A stretch of DNA of 64,000 nucleotides, taken from positions 21,178-85,177 of the forward strand of contig JBDKFK010000004.1 in NCBI GenBank assembly GCA_039798745.1, written 5' to 3'. Numbering within the stretch: position 1 is the stretch's first letter; each line of letters opens with the position of its first letter. The notes beneath the pieces were generated by a model. That model was not told the DNA's origin. It saw only the letters and a list, made by a program, of their open reading frames with translations, and searched no databases. Of this stretch, positions 63,375-64,000 are shown piece by piece. This DNA comes from Candidatus Parcubacteria bacterium. Its GTDB lineage: Bacteria > Patescibacteriota > Microgenomatia > UBA1406 > GWC2-37-13. The translations under genes and the position numbers were made by a program.

Positions 63375-63393
63375 GTTCATTCTTCCGGTTTTC
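63375..63393. repeat. Right copy of the inverted repeat (GTTCATTCTTCCGGTTTTC)
   Basis: 63375-63390 is the exact reverse complement of 60895-60910. Confidence 0.75.
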
Positions 63394-63612
63394 AAGGAAC
63401 CAAAAGACTTTTGAGGCATAGCTACCTCATGCGTGTGTGGTAGTGCCTAAAATATACCTATAGTATAGCAAATAACGAATAAATACACAATCGATATGTA
63501 TATTGTATCTAGGGGTGAAATAAAGCTATATACGAGTATAGGTTAACATTTTGCAGGAATTCACGCAGAAGATGTGGGTAGAGTGTAGAGCAATCGAGAG
63601 AGGAAATAGGGG

Positions 63613-63648
63613 CCGGAACAGCAGGACAACGTTGTCCTGCTGTTCCGG
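63613..63648 (-). terminator. 36-bp perfect palindrome / hairpin after the last (partial) GC-rich gene
   Basis: CCGGAACAGCAGGACAAC | GTTGTCCTGCTGTTCCGG, 10 nt after the stop at 63658. Confidence 0.55.
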
Positions 63649-63657
63649 TAGACGCGA

Positions 63658-64000
63658 CTAGCGGAAGACGATCCGCGTCCGCGGCGTGTAGTCGAACCGA
63701 GCGCTGCTCGGTTTGCCACTCACGCTGCGAGGCTGGTTAGGCTGCAGCCGGGTAGCCGTCGGAGCATCCTGGCGCTGAGGCGCGGGAGCATCGTGGGTAC
63801 GCTTTTCCTGCGCGCGGCGCGCGATCAGCACGATTTCGGCCAGGCCGTTGGCGATGGCTAGCTCGTACGTATCCGCGCAGCGGATCTCGTTGGCGAGCGC
63901 CTCCGCCTCATCGGTCTGTCCCGAGTCCATGAGCCGGGCCCAGGTAGATCGCAGCTTGACGAGCTCTGGCGTGACCACTTTGGTTCCGGGCAGAATGATC
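63658..64000 (-). CDS. Hypothetical protein (GC-rich; 5' end may lie beyond the window)
   Basis: The stop is at 63658-63660. A GTG at 63978 is a possible start, but the frame stays open to base 64000. The translation is ...LANEIRCADTYELAIANGLAEIVLIARRAQEK... with a disordered basic tail. Confidence 0.45.
   Translation of the reverse strand, partial: IILPGTKVVTPELVKLRSTWARLMDSGQTDEAEALANEIRCADTYELAIANGLAEIVLIARRAQEKRTHDAPAPQRQDAPTATRLQPNQPRSVSGKPSSARFDYTPRTRIVFR

Larger units (their letters stand above)
60893..63393. mobile_element. Compositionally foreign GC-rich four-gene block bounded by inverted repeats (candidate cassette; no recombinase seen)
   Basis: GC rises from about 38-40% to about 55-70% (hand counts of sample lines) at about 60905. 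The block has a 16-bp perfect IR at its two ends and two-hairpin modules at both sides. I recognise no transposase or integrase and see no target duplication. Confidence 0.3.

Noticed and set aside
1-64000. Search for rRNA, tRNA, tmRNA, CRISPR arrays, transposase, integrase or reverse-transcriptase genes
   Set aside because: Reading both strands by eye, I found no T-loop (GGTTCGAATCC-like) cloverleaf candidates, no regularly spaced direct repeats, and no DDE, tyrosine- or serine-recombinase or YxDD motifs in any ORF. A tRNAscan, Infernal and HMM run would be needed to be certain.

Overview
The first ~60.8 kb is a low-GC, gene-dense bacterial chromosome segment. Hand counts of sample 60-nt lines give about 38-40% GC. 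Gene content looks like a reduced-genome, CPR/Patescibacteria-like organism; that lineage call is inference from gene content only. It starts with a ribosomal/RNAP block (rpoA 3' end, rplQ, rplM, rpsI). A cell-envelope glycan cluster follows (GT2, two GT1, NDP-sugar pyrophosphorylase, priming sugar transferase, DUF4012-like protein), then recO, glyQS and rpsT. Next are a PilN/PilO-like block with surface proteins (one ending in LPETG), an LCP protein, tpiA, a UvrD-like helicase, TspO and MazG. Further along are an RsmB-type methyltransferase, a 1731-aa alpha-2-macroglobulin-like protein, GT-C membrane glycosyltransferases, PCD, an aquaporin, typA, VanW, a solute-binding protein, a sortase and a class A PBP. 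The rest of this part holds three paralogous Asn/Thr/Gly-rich repeat proteins, an aroG-pheA-tyrA operon, a TasA/camelysin-like trio and an aminotransferase. I found no rRNA, tRNA or CRISPR array by eye. Main findings: (1) A classical ribosome-mediated attenuator precedes the aromatic operon, with leader peptide MRLVSAASSFYFWFFYPLSGEGGTMTKL and 1:2 / 2:3 / 3:4+U7 alternative pairings. (2) From ~60.9 kb to the window end the composition jumps to about 55-70% GC. That region is a compact minus-strand array of unrecognisable small genes, each with an AAGGAGG-type SD and separated by perfect hairpins. It is bracketed by a structurally conserved two-hairpin inverted-repeat module and a 16-bp perfect inverted repeat. 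Two of the genes are distant paralogs, and one of those is frameshifted. (3) A mini Hint/BIL-type autoprocessing domain (Cys1 ... His-Asn, with +1 = Glu) sits behind a Gly6 linker at the bait-region position of the macroglobulin-like protein, which has no CxEQ thioester motif. (4) A second GC-rich single-gene island at 23.5-24.4 kb is flanked by a 13-bp inverted repeat and strong hairpins. All functional calls come from motif recognition in the supplied translations; no database search was run.
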